From the sequence record KJ019142.1: a stretch of DNA of 64,000 bases. One strand, written 5' to 3'. Shown here piece after piece: positions 39,194 through 49,800 of this stretch. A program made the position numbers and the translations under genes. The notes beneath the pieces were generated by a model. It was not told where the DNA came from, ran no database searches, and saw nothing but the letters and a program-made list of their open reading frames with translations. Position 1 is the stretch's first letter. Every line of letters starts with the position of its first letter.

Positions 39194-39201
39194 CTATAAA
39201 T
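39194..39201 (+). promoter_or_regulatory. T4-type late promoter
   Basis: TATAAATA. Confidence 0.7.
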
Positions 39202-39245
39202 ATCTGTATATCTAACACTGCAGATTATAGGGGGAATGTGAACCC

Positions 39246-42200
39246 GTGGCGAATCAGAATTTTCGTGTCAAAAAAGGTATAGAAGTTGGCTTAGGTGCCA
39301 CTTTTCTATACGCAGACGACAGTGGAGTTGGCATTAATAGTGCTAGCCCACGATCAAACCTAGACGTTCGAGGTAGATCCCAAACAGAGGAACTACTGGT
39401 AGACAACTATGCAGAGGTGCAAGGACCCTCTACATTCGTTGGACTAGGTACCTTTGGGGGTGATCTATATGTTGGGAATGATCTATATGTAAAGGGCAAC
39501 CTATCATTCACCAGTTTTGAATCTGAGACTGGTAATGTAACAGGTGTTCTTACCACAAGAGACTTTAATGTAACCGGATTATCTACGTTTGCGGGAGACG
39601 CCACCTTCCAAAGTGACGTAAATATCTCTGGTGCTTCTTCAATTACTGGAAACTTAGTAGTTTCTGGTGCCTCTACGCTCACAGGTATCGTCACAACTGG
39701 CGATGACCTCTATGTAGGTGGTAGTTTATATGTATTCAATGATATCTTCTATGATGAGATTACTGGTAGAAACCTCAGTATCTCTGGTATTGCCACACTC
39801 AGACAGTTAGAAATCCAACAGGACCTAGAAGTTGCAGGTCTCTCCACATTTGTTGGTTTAGTATCGTTCAGAGATGCAGTAGGTACAAACCTAACAGTTT
39901 ATAATCTTTCCGCCAATACTGGTAACTTCGTAGAGATTAACGTCGATGGTGGAGGCGGCGGCGGTGGCGGTACTGGTATCGATAGTACCTCCGTCAATAC
40001 CGAGTTCTTAAACGTCACTGGTGTTGCAACATTTAACAATGGTATTGCCACCAACTTCAGCGCAGAGTTTATTGACGCTGGTGTAACCACAACTACCGAC
40101 CTCCACTTCACTAATGGTTACGGTGTCAATCTCAATATGAGTGGCATCACAACTGTTGGTATTCTAACAGTCTATGAGAATATCTATGACTCTAGAAACC
40201 AAGTTGGCTATGGTGACTCACTACTAGTCACACAGGGTGGGAAACTAGTATGGACTAGACCTGATATTGCAGGTATTGCCACTTCATTCCAACCAGGTTC
40301 TACCTTCTATGTAAGTGAGAATGGTAGTAATACCAATGATGGTAGAAGTCCAGAGAAAGCATGGAGCTCTATTGCATATGCCGTATCACAGATTGGAGAT
40401 ACTTCTCACGATATTCTAGAGGTTACTGCTGGTGAATACACAGAAACCTTCCCTATCACAGTCCCTAAAGGTCTAACCATTTCTGGTGCTGGACAAAGGG
40501 CAACCATTGTCAGACCGTCACAGGCAACCGAAACCAATGATGGTTTCCTACTAAACGATAGATCCACTATCCATAACATCACAGTTACTGGATTCTACAA
40601 ACCACAAGGTTCTATCAACTACGCCTTCAAGTTTAGTGTTGGAGCAGCAATCACCAGTAGAAGTCCTTATGTTGATAAGGTCACGGTCATCAACAAAGGT
40701 ACTCAGACAAGTGCCAGTGACCCATATGGTTATGGTTCAGCTGACTCCTACCCAACCACAGCACCTGGTGGTGCTGGTGTTTTAGTTGATGGTAGTGTAG
40801 TTGCAACCAACTCACTAGAAGCAGCAATTCTCCTCAATGAGGTTACACTATTCACTGCTGGCAACCAAGGTATTAAGATTACCAATGGTGGTAGAGTAGA
40901 GTGGTTGAATGGTTTCATCTACTTCGCTTCTGAAGCACTTGTAGGTCTTAGTGATAAGACTACTGGTTTAGCGGGTGCTGGTAAGGCAAGACTAACCCTA
41001 GAGAACGCCTCTGGTGGATTGGTTGGTGGTAATACCGTTCAATACTATGATAGTGATGGAACCACAGTTCTTGCTTCTGGTACCATTGATAATGTATCTG
41101 GTAGTTATGTAACACTAACCAACGCTGGTGTTGGTACATTCACAACTCCTAGAAATAGAACAGCCAAGAAGGTTGACTTTGTTAATGGAGCACAACTATC
41201 CACAGCACAGGCAAGGTTCGGTACATCCTCACTAGATGTAACTGGTGCCGGAACTGATAACATCACAGTTGATTCCACTTCAGACTTTGGGTTTGGAACT
41301 GGAGACTTCACCGTTGAATTCTGGATATACAGAACTGGTAATATTAATGGTAAGGTAATCTGTGACTTCAGAGATACCGCCGCTACAGATCAGGCAATTA
41401 CTATCCAAGGTGATGGTGGTAATGAGACTGATGTTTATATTGGTACTACATCCGTTGTCACTGGTACAGTTCCTACCACACTGAATGCTTGGAACCATAT
41501 CGCTGTTTGTAGAGTTGGTTCTACCATCACTCAGTATATTGATGGTGCTGTTTCTGGTAGTGGAACTGCTGCTACTGATCTAGGTGTTGCTAGACAACTA
41601 ACCTTTGGTGATAGGTACGACAATAGTAACAACGGTCCTACAGCATACCTAGATGAACTTCGTGTCACTAAGGGAGCAGCAAAATACACAGGAGCATTCA
41701 CTTCACCTTCAGTAGCACTCACAGGTGATAAGGATACTTCCATCCTACTACACTTTGATGGTATCAATGGAGCAACCTCCACTACAGATGATATCATTGT
41801 CCTCCAGGATATTCGTATCACTGGTGGCAACACAGCAGATAAAGTTACCCTAGCAGACTACAGTCAGTTTGGTGCTGACCTCAGGTCTATCGCTTGTGCC
41901 ATTGAATATGGTAACCAGGGTATGATTGGTGATGGTGATGGAGTAACTCTCCGTGCTATCTCTATCAACTTCAACCATGTAGGTGCTCTTGGTGATATCA
42001 CTAACGATCCTAACCTAGCGATTCAATCGAACGAGGTTATCGAACTCAATGGTGGTCAAGTATCCTATGTAAGTATTGACCAGAAGGGTGACTTCAGAGT
42101 TGGTGAAGCGTTCTATGTGAATCAGGAGACTGGTGAAGTATCCTTTACAGATACTGTAACAGACCTAACTGCCCTATCCTCACTCACTATTACTGATGGC

Positions 42201-45200
42201 ACTAACAGTAGTATCATTACTCCTACTTCCGGTAGGTTTGGTAATGTTCTTATCAGTGGTCAGAGTGTAGAGAGTGTAACCGGAGACCTCAACATTAAGA
42301 CTGGTGGTTCCGGTGAGATCAATATCTTTGGTAACACCAATGTTATTGGTATTCTAACCGCTCAGATCATTGAGATTAATGCTATTCAGAAGGGCGATAC
42401 AGCAATCGCTCTAGATGATACTGGAACTGATGGGACTATCCGTTTCATCACAGACGGACAAGAAGCACAACGTATTACAAACCAACAGAGAGTTGGTATT
42501 AACACCACCACCCCAGTTACTCAGTTAGAAGTTAAGGGTGGAACACAACTAGAGAACTTAAATGTAACTGGCATTGCCACACTTAATGGTGTTGGTATTG
42601 CTACTATCGGTGGTGATCCTGACTTCAGAAACTTAAATATCACTGGACTATCAACGTTCGCTGGTGTTGGTACTTTCCTCAGTGACTTGTATGTTGGTGG
42701 TAACCTCAGTGTCCTAGGTGATATCAAGTTTGATGAAGTTGATGCGAGAAACGCCAACATCACTGGTATTGCCACAGTTGGTTTCGCCTCTATCACAGAT
42801 GCCAGAGTTGGAAGTGCCCTCACTAACTTGGGTCACACTCAACTCAATACTCTGAATGTAAGTGGAGTATCTACACTATCACTACTAGAAGTCAGTGGTA
42901 ACTCAGTATTTACTGGTATCTCTACCTTCAATAACAATGTAACTATCAATGGTGACCTCACCATTAATGGTTCTCAGAATGTAGATAGTTTTGGAACTGG
43001 TGATTTAATAGTTAGTGGTATTGCTAGTATCAACCAGGCGAAGATCGCCACTGGTATTGTTACCACACTAACTGCCACTAGAACAGAGTCAGCAGAACTA
43101 AAAGTAACTGGTCTCTCCACCTTTGTTGGTGTTGCTACCTTTGCTAACGATGTATTCGTGGCAGGTAACCTCAATGTTCTAGGAGATATTGCATATGATG
43201 AAGTCACTGGTAGAAACCTAAACATCTCCGGTATCGCAACCATCGGGTTCGCCTCTATCACAGACGCCAAGATTGGTGTCGCCACTATTACAAAACTTGA
43301 TGTCACTGAGATCAATGTAGATGGTGGAACAGGTATTGATGATAACTCAGTAACTACAGAGAACCTAGTTGTTAGTGGTATCGCTACCATCAACTCAGGT
43401 ATCCTCACAACCCTCCAGGCGGAGGTAGGAAGTATCACAAACCTCACCGCTGGTGTTTCTACCTTTACTGGTATTGTAACCACTACAGAGGATCTATACG
43501 TTGGTGGAAACCTCTACGTATTCAATGATATCTTCTATGATGAAATCACTGGTAGGAACCTTTCTATCTCTGGAGTATCTACATTAGGTTTCGCTTCTGT
43601 TAGAGATCTAAGAGTATCTGGTGTCGCTACATTCCTTGGTGATGTGGAGATCAGTGGATCACAGATTGTTGACTCACTAATAACTGGTGACTTGGAAGTT
43701 ACTGGTGTTACTACAACTAAGGAACTAAGATTTACAGACGCTGTTGGTACTGGTTTAACACTCACCAACCTAGTTGTAACTGGTAACGCAGAACTCAATG
43801 GTTCTGGTATTGTTACCGCTGGTCAAGACATCAACTTCAGAAACCTAGAAGTTGCTGGTCTATCAACCTTTGTTGGTCTCCAGTCCTTCAGGTCAGCAGT
43901 TGGAACGGCACTCACAGTTTATAACCTAAGAGTTCCTGAAAATGGTATTGTTTCACTACCTGGTATTCCTGTTCAGGGTGGGGACGCTGAGTTTAGAAAC
44001 GTCAATGTAACTGGTGTATCTTCCTTCAGTGGAGTATCAACTTTCGGTAGTGACCTCTATGTGGATGGAAACCTATTTGTTTCTGGTCTAGACTTCAGAG
44101 AGACACTTGCTGGTGAGAACCTATTAGTTGCTGGTGTTGGTACTGTTAATAATCTCAATAGTAATATTGGTATTATCACTCATCTACAGGCAGGTATATC
44201 AACCTTCACTGGTATCACCACCTTCCAGAGTGATGCCTCCTTCTTGAGTGATGTATATGTAGATGGAAACCTTAATGTTACGGGTGACATCAGATATGAT
44301 GAGGTGAATGGTAGGAACTTGAATATCAGTGGTATCGCTACCATTGGTTACTCCTCTATCACAGACGCCAAGATTGGTGTTGCTACTATCTCCACACTAT
44401 CCTTTGGTGATGGTGTTGGAACAGCACTCACACTTACAGACCTCACGGTAACAGGTGACGCCAACCTCAATGGTTCTGGTATTGTAACCGCTGGTTCTGA
44501 TGTAGCGTTTAGAAATCTAGAAGTAACTGGACTATCTACCTTCACTGGTGTTGGTACTTTCCTCAGTGACTTGTATGTTGGTGGTGACCTCTTTGTATTC
44601 AATGATATCAAGTATGATGAGATTAATGGTAGAAACCTAAACATCTCTGGTATCTCCACACTTGGTTTCACTTCTATCTCCGACATCAGAGTATCTGGTG
44701 GTTCTACCTTCTTAGGTAATGTAGAGATTGATGGAAACCTAGATGTAACTGGTGACCTAACCTTTGATGAGTTTGATGCCACTAACGCTAACATCACTGG
44801 TATTGCCACTATTGGTAATCTACTAGCGGGTGTAGGAACTATCACCACACTATCATCTACTGATGGTGAGATTACAACACTAACCTCTACTGATACTGTT
44901 GTTGGTACTCTAACCGCCACTGATGCAACTATCACTACACTAGGTGTTACTGATAGTGTAGTTGGAACCTCTACCATTACAACACTCAGTGTTACTGATA
45001 GTGTAGTTGGAACTTCTACTATCACAACACTCAACTTCACTGATGGTGTTGGAGTAGCACTCACACTCACTGACCTCAATGTTCTAGGTGAAGCTAACCT
45101 CAATGGTTCTGGTATCGCAACCGCTGGTTCTGATATAGAGTTTAGGAACCTCAGTATTACTGGTCTCTCCACCTTTGTTGGTGTAGCAACCTTCCAAGAT

Positions 45201-46802
45201 GACTTGTATGTGGCAGGTAACCTGAATGTATTGGGTGACCTAACCTATGATGAAGTGAATGGTAGAAACCTTAACATCTCTGGTATCGCTACCATTGGTT
45301 TCGCCTCTATCACAGACCTAAGAGTATCTGGTGTAACTACCTTCCTCGGTCCTGTTAATATCGATGGTGGTCAGCAAACCGACTTCATTCAAACCACAGA
45401 CTTGATTGTCACTGGTGTTGCCACTATTGGTTACGCAACTGTCACTAAGTTGATCGCTGATCACAGTGATATGAGGAACCTGAATGTATCAGGTATCGCC
45501 ACTATTGGTAGTCTCGTATCAGATGGTAATGGTGGAATCATTGTAGATGGTGCTGTATCCATTAGTGGTATTGTTACTATTGGTGAAAACTCTATCATTC
45601 TCGATGGTAGAAAGGATGTAGAAGCGATCTACTTGGGTGATACTGGAAGAGCAATCGTCTCTGGTATTACTACTGATGGTAAGAGAACTTATGTCAAATT
45701 TGATGATGGTAGATTTGATAGACTAAATGTATCTGGTATCTCTACCTTCAATGATGTAGTATCCACATCATCTACTATCACTAACCTAGATGTAACCACA
45801 GCAACTGTTGGTTTCCTAACCGCAACTCAGGGTTATGTTGGAGTTCTAACTGTAGGAACATTCACCAATGATGGTGGTGGTTCTGTTATTGGTGACGATA
45901 TCACAACCAGAAACCTGAATGTAACTGGTGTATCTACCTTCGCAGGTATTGTTACTACTACTGGTGACCTCTATGTGGGTGGTGACCTCTTTGTATTCAA
46001 TGATATCTTCTATGATGAGATCAATGGTAGAAACCTGAATATCACGGGTGTCGCCACTATCGGTTACTCCTCTATCACTGATGTTAGAGTATCTGGTGTA
46101 GCAACATTCCTAGGTGATGTGAATATCTCTGGTGTTACTTCTGTAACCACACTGGAGGCAACTGGCATTGATGCCTATCGGGTTACTACTCAGAGATTGA
46201 TCGTACCTGATGATGGTTTCGTACAACTACCTGGTATCCCAGTTAGTGGTGGTTCCGCTGAGTTCTCAGAACTATTAATAACTGGTATATCTAGTTTCGT
46301 TGGAGTCGCCACCTTCAAGGATGATGTGTATATCGATGGTGACTTTATTGTTGGTGGATCTCAGGTTATTGATAATGTTGCTACTGAGAACATTATCATC
46401 AGTGGTATTGCTACAATAAGAACAGGTGAGATCACTGAACTAAATGTAGGAATTGCTACAGTTGGATTCCTCACAGCCACTGATGGATACATTGGAGTTC
46501 TAACAGCTCAGAACTACACTTCACTCTCTGATGAGAGACTCAAGTCTAACATTGAAACTATTGATGATGCTCTAGCGGGTGTTCTCAGACTCGATGGTGT
46601 AATGTTCCAGTGGAATAATACTGGCAAAACTGATATGGGTGTTATCGCCCAACAGGTGGAGGCGGTATTCCCCGAGATCGTACATGGGGATGATACAAAG
46701 GGAGTCAATTATAACGGTCTTATTGGTGTACTGATCGAAGCAGTCAAGGAACTCAAAGTAGAAAACGATAGTCTCAGAGAGAGACTAGACAGACTGGAGT
46801 GA
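39246..46802 (+). CDS. long tail fibre with LamG-like domain and C-terminal peptidase S74 chaperone (2518 aa)
   Basis: MANQNFRVKKG start; GTGDFTVEFW...WNHIAV...YLDELRVTKG; SDERLKSNI...GVIAQQVE. Confidence 0.85.
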   Translation: MANQNFRVKKGIEVGLGATFLYADDSGVGINSASPRSNLDVRGRSQTEELLVDNYAEVQGPSTFVGLGTFGGDLYVGNDLYVKGNLSFTSFESETGNVTGVLTTRDFNVTGLSTFAGDATFQSDVNISGASSITGNLVVSGASTLTGIVTTGDDLYVGGSLYVFNDIFYDEITGRNLSISGIATLRQLEIQQDLEVAGLSTFVGLVSFRDAVGTNLTVYNLSANTGNFVEINVDGGGGGGGGTGIDSTSVNTEFLNVTGVATFNNGIATNFSAEFIDAGVTTTTDLHFTNGYGVNLNMSGITTVGILTVYENIYDSRNQVGYGDSLLVTQGGKLVWTRPDIAGIATSFQPGSTFYVSENGSNTNDGRSPEKAWSSIAYAVSQIGDTSHDILEVTAGEYTETFPITVPKGLTISGAGQRATIVRPSQATETNDGFLLNDRSTIHNITVTGFYKPQGSINYAFKFSVGAAITSRSPYVDKVTVINKGTQTSASDPYGYGSADSYPTTAPGGAGVLVDGSVVATNSLEAAILLNEVTLFTAGNQGIKITNGGRVEWLNGFIYFASEALVGLSDKTTGLAGAGKARLTLENASGGLVGGNTVQYYDSDGTTVLASGTIDNVSGSYVTLTNAGVGTFTTPRNRTAKKVDFVNGAQLSTAQARFGTSSLDVTGAGTDNITVDSTSDFGFGTGDFTVEFWIYRTGNINGKVICDFRDTAATDQAITIQGDGGNETDVYIGTTSVVTGTVPTTLNAWNHIAVCRVGSTITQYIDGAVSGSGTAATDLGVARQLTFGDRYDNSNNGPTAYLDELRVTKGAAKYTGAFTSPSVALTGDKDTSILLHFDGINGATSTTDDIIVLQDIRITGGNTADKVTLADYSQFGADLRSIACAIEYGNQGMIGDGDGVTLRAISINFNHVGALGDITNDPNLAIQSNEVIELNGGQVSYVSIDQKGDFRVGEAFYVNQETGEVSFTDTVTDLTALSSLTITDGTNSSIITPTSGRFGNVLISGQSVESVTGDLNIKTGGSGEINIFGNTNVIGILTAQIIEINAIQKGDTAIALDDTGTDGTIRFITDGQEAQRITNQQRVGINTTTPVTQLEVKGGTQLENLNVTGIATLNGVGIATIGGDPDFRNLNITGLSTFAGVGTFLSDLYVGGNLSVLGDIKFDEVDARNANITGIATVGFASITDARVGSALTNLGHTQLNTLNVSGVSTLSLLEVSGNSVFTGISTFNNNVTINGDLTINGSQNVDSFGTGDLIVSGIASINQAKIATGIVTTLTATRTESAELKVTGLSTFVGVATFANDVFVAGNLNVLGDIAYDEVTGRNLNISGIATIGFASITDAKIGVATITKLDVTEINVDGGTGIDDNSVTTENLVVSGIATINSGILTTLQAEVGSITNLTAGVSTFTGIVTTTEDLYVGGNLYVFNDIFYDEITGRNLSISGVSTLGFASVRDLRVSGVATFLGDVEISGSQIVDSLITGDLEVTGVTTTKELRFTDAVGTGLTLTNLVVTGNAELNGSGIVTAGQDINFRNLEVAGLSTFVGLQSFRSAVGTALTVYNLRVPENGIVSLPGIPVQGGDAEFRNVNVTGVSSFSGVSTFGSDLYVDGNLFVSGLDFRETLAGENLLVAGVGTVNNLNSNIGIITHLQAGISTFTGITTFQSDASFLSDVYVDGNLNVTGDIRYDEVNGRNLNISGIATIGYSSITDAKIGVATISTLSFGDGVGTALTLTDLTVTGDANLNGSGIVTAGSDVAFRNLEVTGLSTFTGVGTFLSDLYVGGDLFVFNDIKYDEINGRNLNISGISTLGFTSISDIRVSGGSTFLGNVEIDGNLDVTGDLTFDEFDATNANITGIATIGNLLAGVGTITTLSSTDGEITTLTSTDTVVGTLTATDATITTLGVTDSVVGTSTITTLSVTDSVVGTSTITTLNFTDGVGVALTLTDLNVLGEANLNGSGIATAGSDIEFRNLSITGLSTFVGVATFQDDLYVAGNLNVLGDLTYDEVNGRNLNISGIATIGFASITDLRVSGVTTFLGPVNIDGGQQTDFIQTTDLIVTGVATIGYATVTKLIADHSDMRNLNVSGIATIGSLVSDGNGGIIVDGAVSISGIVTIGENSIILDGRKDVEAIYLGDTGRAIVSGITTDGKRTYVKFDDGRFDRLNVSGISTFNDVVSTSSTITNLDVTTATVGFLTATQGYVGVLTVGTFTNDGGGSVIGDDITTRNLNVTGVSTFAGIVTTTGDLYVGGDLFVFNDIFYDEINGRNLNITGVATIGYSSITDVRVSGVATFLGDVNISGVTSVTTLEATGIDAYRVTTQRLIVPDDGFVQLPGIPVSGGSAEFSELLITGISSFVGVATFKDDVYIDGDFIVGGSQVIDNVATENIIISGIATIRTGEITELNVGIATVGFLTATDGYIGVLTAQNYTSLSDERLKSNIETIDDALAGVLRLDGVMFQWNNTGKTDMGVIAQQVEAVFPEIVHGDDTKGVNYNGLIGVLIEAVKELKVENDSLRERLDRLE

Positions 46803-46808
46803 TAAATA
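46801..46808 (+). promoter_or_regulatory. late promoter-like motif
   Basis: GATAAATA overlapping the upstream stop. Confidence 0.5.
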
Positions 46809-46860
46809 CAAATACGGCTCAATGAGCCCTTTTGTACGTACACAAAGGAGAAAAACCTAA

Positions 46861-49800
46861 ATGGCATATTTACTTTCTAATGGGGGCGTTATTATTAACG
46901 ACTCCAGAGAAATCGTAAATGCTGGGGTTGTAACTGCTACTGCGTTCTTTGGGGACGGTTCTGGTTTATCTGGAATCGCAACCATTTCTGATGGGGGAAT
47001 CTCCATCGGCGACGCAAACATCACTGGAAACTTAAATGTTTCTGGTATTTCTACCGTAGAATTCTTAAACGCTTCTGACATTAATGTCGGCGGTGCTTTA
47101 ACAGTCACAGGTGATCTATCTGTCGGTGGTGATTTATCTTTTGATGAGGTTTCTGGTAGAAACCTAAACATCACTGGTATTTCCACACTCGGAACAGTTA
47201 AGATTTCAAATGGCATTGTAACCGCCACTAGTGGCGTTGTTACATATTACGGTGATGGTAGCAATCTAACCGGCATTGACATCACAGATAGTGATGTAAG
47301 ACTCAGAAACCTTTCGGTTACTGGTGTCTCTACATTCACAGGTGATGTATCTTTTGGAGCAAACGCTTCTCTAGTAGGCGACCTAACTTCTGGTCGTAAC
47401 GCAAACCTTTCAGGTATTGCGACAGTAAATGATATCTATATTGATAACTTACTTTATGATTCCAACAATAATGTTGGAGCAGCTGGTTCAATTCTTGTAA
47501 CCGCAGGTGGAAAGTTACAGTGGCTACCGCCCGATCAAGCGGGTATTGCTACAGTATTCCAACCAGGAAATACATTCTTTGTTTCTAAGAATGGTGATGA
47601 TAGTAGTGATGGTCTCTCCATGGAGAAATCATTTGCTACCATTTCCTACGCTCTGTCTCAGATTTCATCAGGGACAAACAACGTTCTCTTAATCACCGCT
47701 GGTGATTATGAAGAAGTATTCCCACTATCAGTTCCCGATGGACTGACTGTTAAGGGTGTTGGACAACGTGCGGTTCTAGTTAGACCCACTTCAGCTACAG
47801 AAACCAACGATGGTTTCCAACTTGGTAACGCATCCACAGTTGAAGATTTGACCATTGGTCAGATGTTTAAACCTCAAGGTGCTTCCAATAATAACTACGC
47901 TTTCACATATAGAAGTGGTGCTACCATTTCATCTCGTGGACCTTATGTTTCTAGAGTTACGGTTCTAAACAAAGGTAGCGTAACTTCTACCTCTGACCCA
48001 TTTGGATATGGTTCAGCTGATGCTTATCCAACGACTGCCCCTGGTGGTGCTGGTGTATTGGCTGATGGTAGTGTTCTTAACTCCGCCTCACTAGAAGCCT
48101 CATTCCTACTTAACGAAGTCACCACCTTCACTGCCGGTAACATCGGTATTGATATGGTCAACGGTGCTCGTGTTGAGTGGTTGAATGGTTTCTCCTACTT
48201 CGCATCCGAGGGTGTTAAAGGTAGAGCTGACCAGTCAACTGGTTTGTATGGTGCAGGTAAGACGAGACTAAGAGTTGAGAACGCCTCTGGTGGTCTAGTC
48301 AATGGTAATACCATTGAACTCTATGATATTGATGGCACGACTAGCCTTGCTAGTGGTACTATTGACGGCACCAGTGGTGCATACACGACCCTGACTACTG
48401 GTGGTACTGGTACCTTCGATATTGCAGGAAGTCGTAAGGCGAAAGCTGCCTCATTCGTTGATACAGCCTCTCTATCTACAACACAAGCCAAATTCGGGAA
48501 TGCTTCACTAGATGTAACTGGTCAGTCTACTGATTGTATCAATGTTGATCCAAGCAGTGACTTCGGTTTCGGTACTGGTGACTTTACAGCTGAATTCTGG
48601 TTGTATAGAACATCAGCTACTGCTGGTGCTACTATTCTCGATATGAGAGATGCAGCTGATACTGATTCAGCTCTATCTATTAGAGAGAACACTAGTGATG
48701 TTATTGAAGTTCTTGTCGGCAACTCTGTTGTTCTAACTTCATCCACAAGTGCTATTGGTAATGCCGCTTGGTATCACATTGCTGTTGCCCGTTTGGGTAG
48801 CACAATGGAACTATTCATTAATGGTGCCCAGGAAGATTCAGCATCCAATTCATCTGACTTAGGTCTAAGCCAGTCACTCACCTTTGGTGCTGACTATGCT
48901 AACGCCAATGGTACTATTTCGTTCTTAGATGAACTCCGTATCGAGAAGGGTGCTGCTAAGTACACGAATCCGTTTACTCCTTCCACTGTACCCCTTGAGG
49001 GTGACCGTGGTACAGCTATCCTACTCCACTTTGATGGATCAAATGGAGCAACTGAAGCTCCTGATGATATTCAGATATTCCAGGATATCCGTATCAGTGG
49101 TGGTAACACAGCTGACAGATTATCACTTGCTGACTACAGTCAGTTTGGTGCTGAGTTGCGTTCCTCTGGTTGTGCTGTTGAGTATGGTAACAAAGGTGTC
49201 GTCGGAGACGGTGCTGGTGTTGCTCTAAGACTCATCGGTATTAACTTCAGTTTCGTAGGTGCCCTAGGTGATCTAACTAACGATCCAAACCTAGCCGTTC
49301 AGGCTAATGAAGTTACAGAAACCAACAATGCTGAGGTATCTTTCACCAGTATTGATCAAGGTGGTGACTTCCGTGTTGGTGAATCCTTCTATGTTAACCA
49401 GGAAACTGGTGATGTATCATTCAACAACACAACAACTGATCTAACCTCACTATCTAGTCTAACCATCACTGATGGTACTAACAACTCACTTATCACTCCT
49501 ACCTCTGGTAGATTTGGTAATGTTCAGATCTCTGGACAGCAAGTTGCTTCTGTATCTGGTGACCTAGACCTAGTAACCGCTGGTGGTGGTGAAGTTAACA
49601 TCTACGGTAATACTAACGTTGTTGGTATTCTAACCGCACAGGTTGTTGAGATCAACGCTATCCAGAAGGGTGATACTTCTATCGCTCTAGATGATACCGG
49701 TACTGATGGTACTATCCGGTTTAACACCGATGGTTCTGAGGCAGGTAGATTCACTAAGGATAACGACCTTGCAGTAACACACAACTTCCGCGTTGGTGGA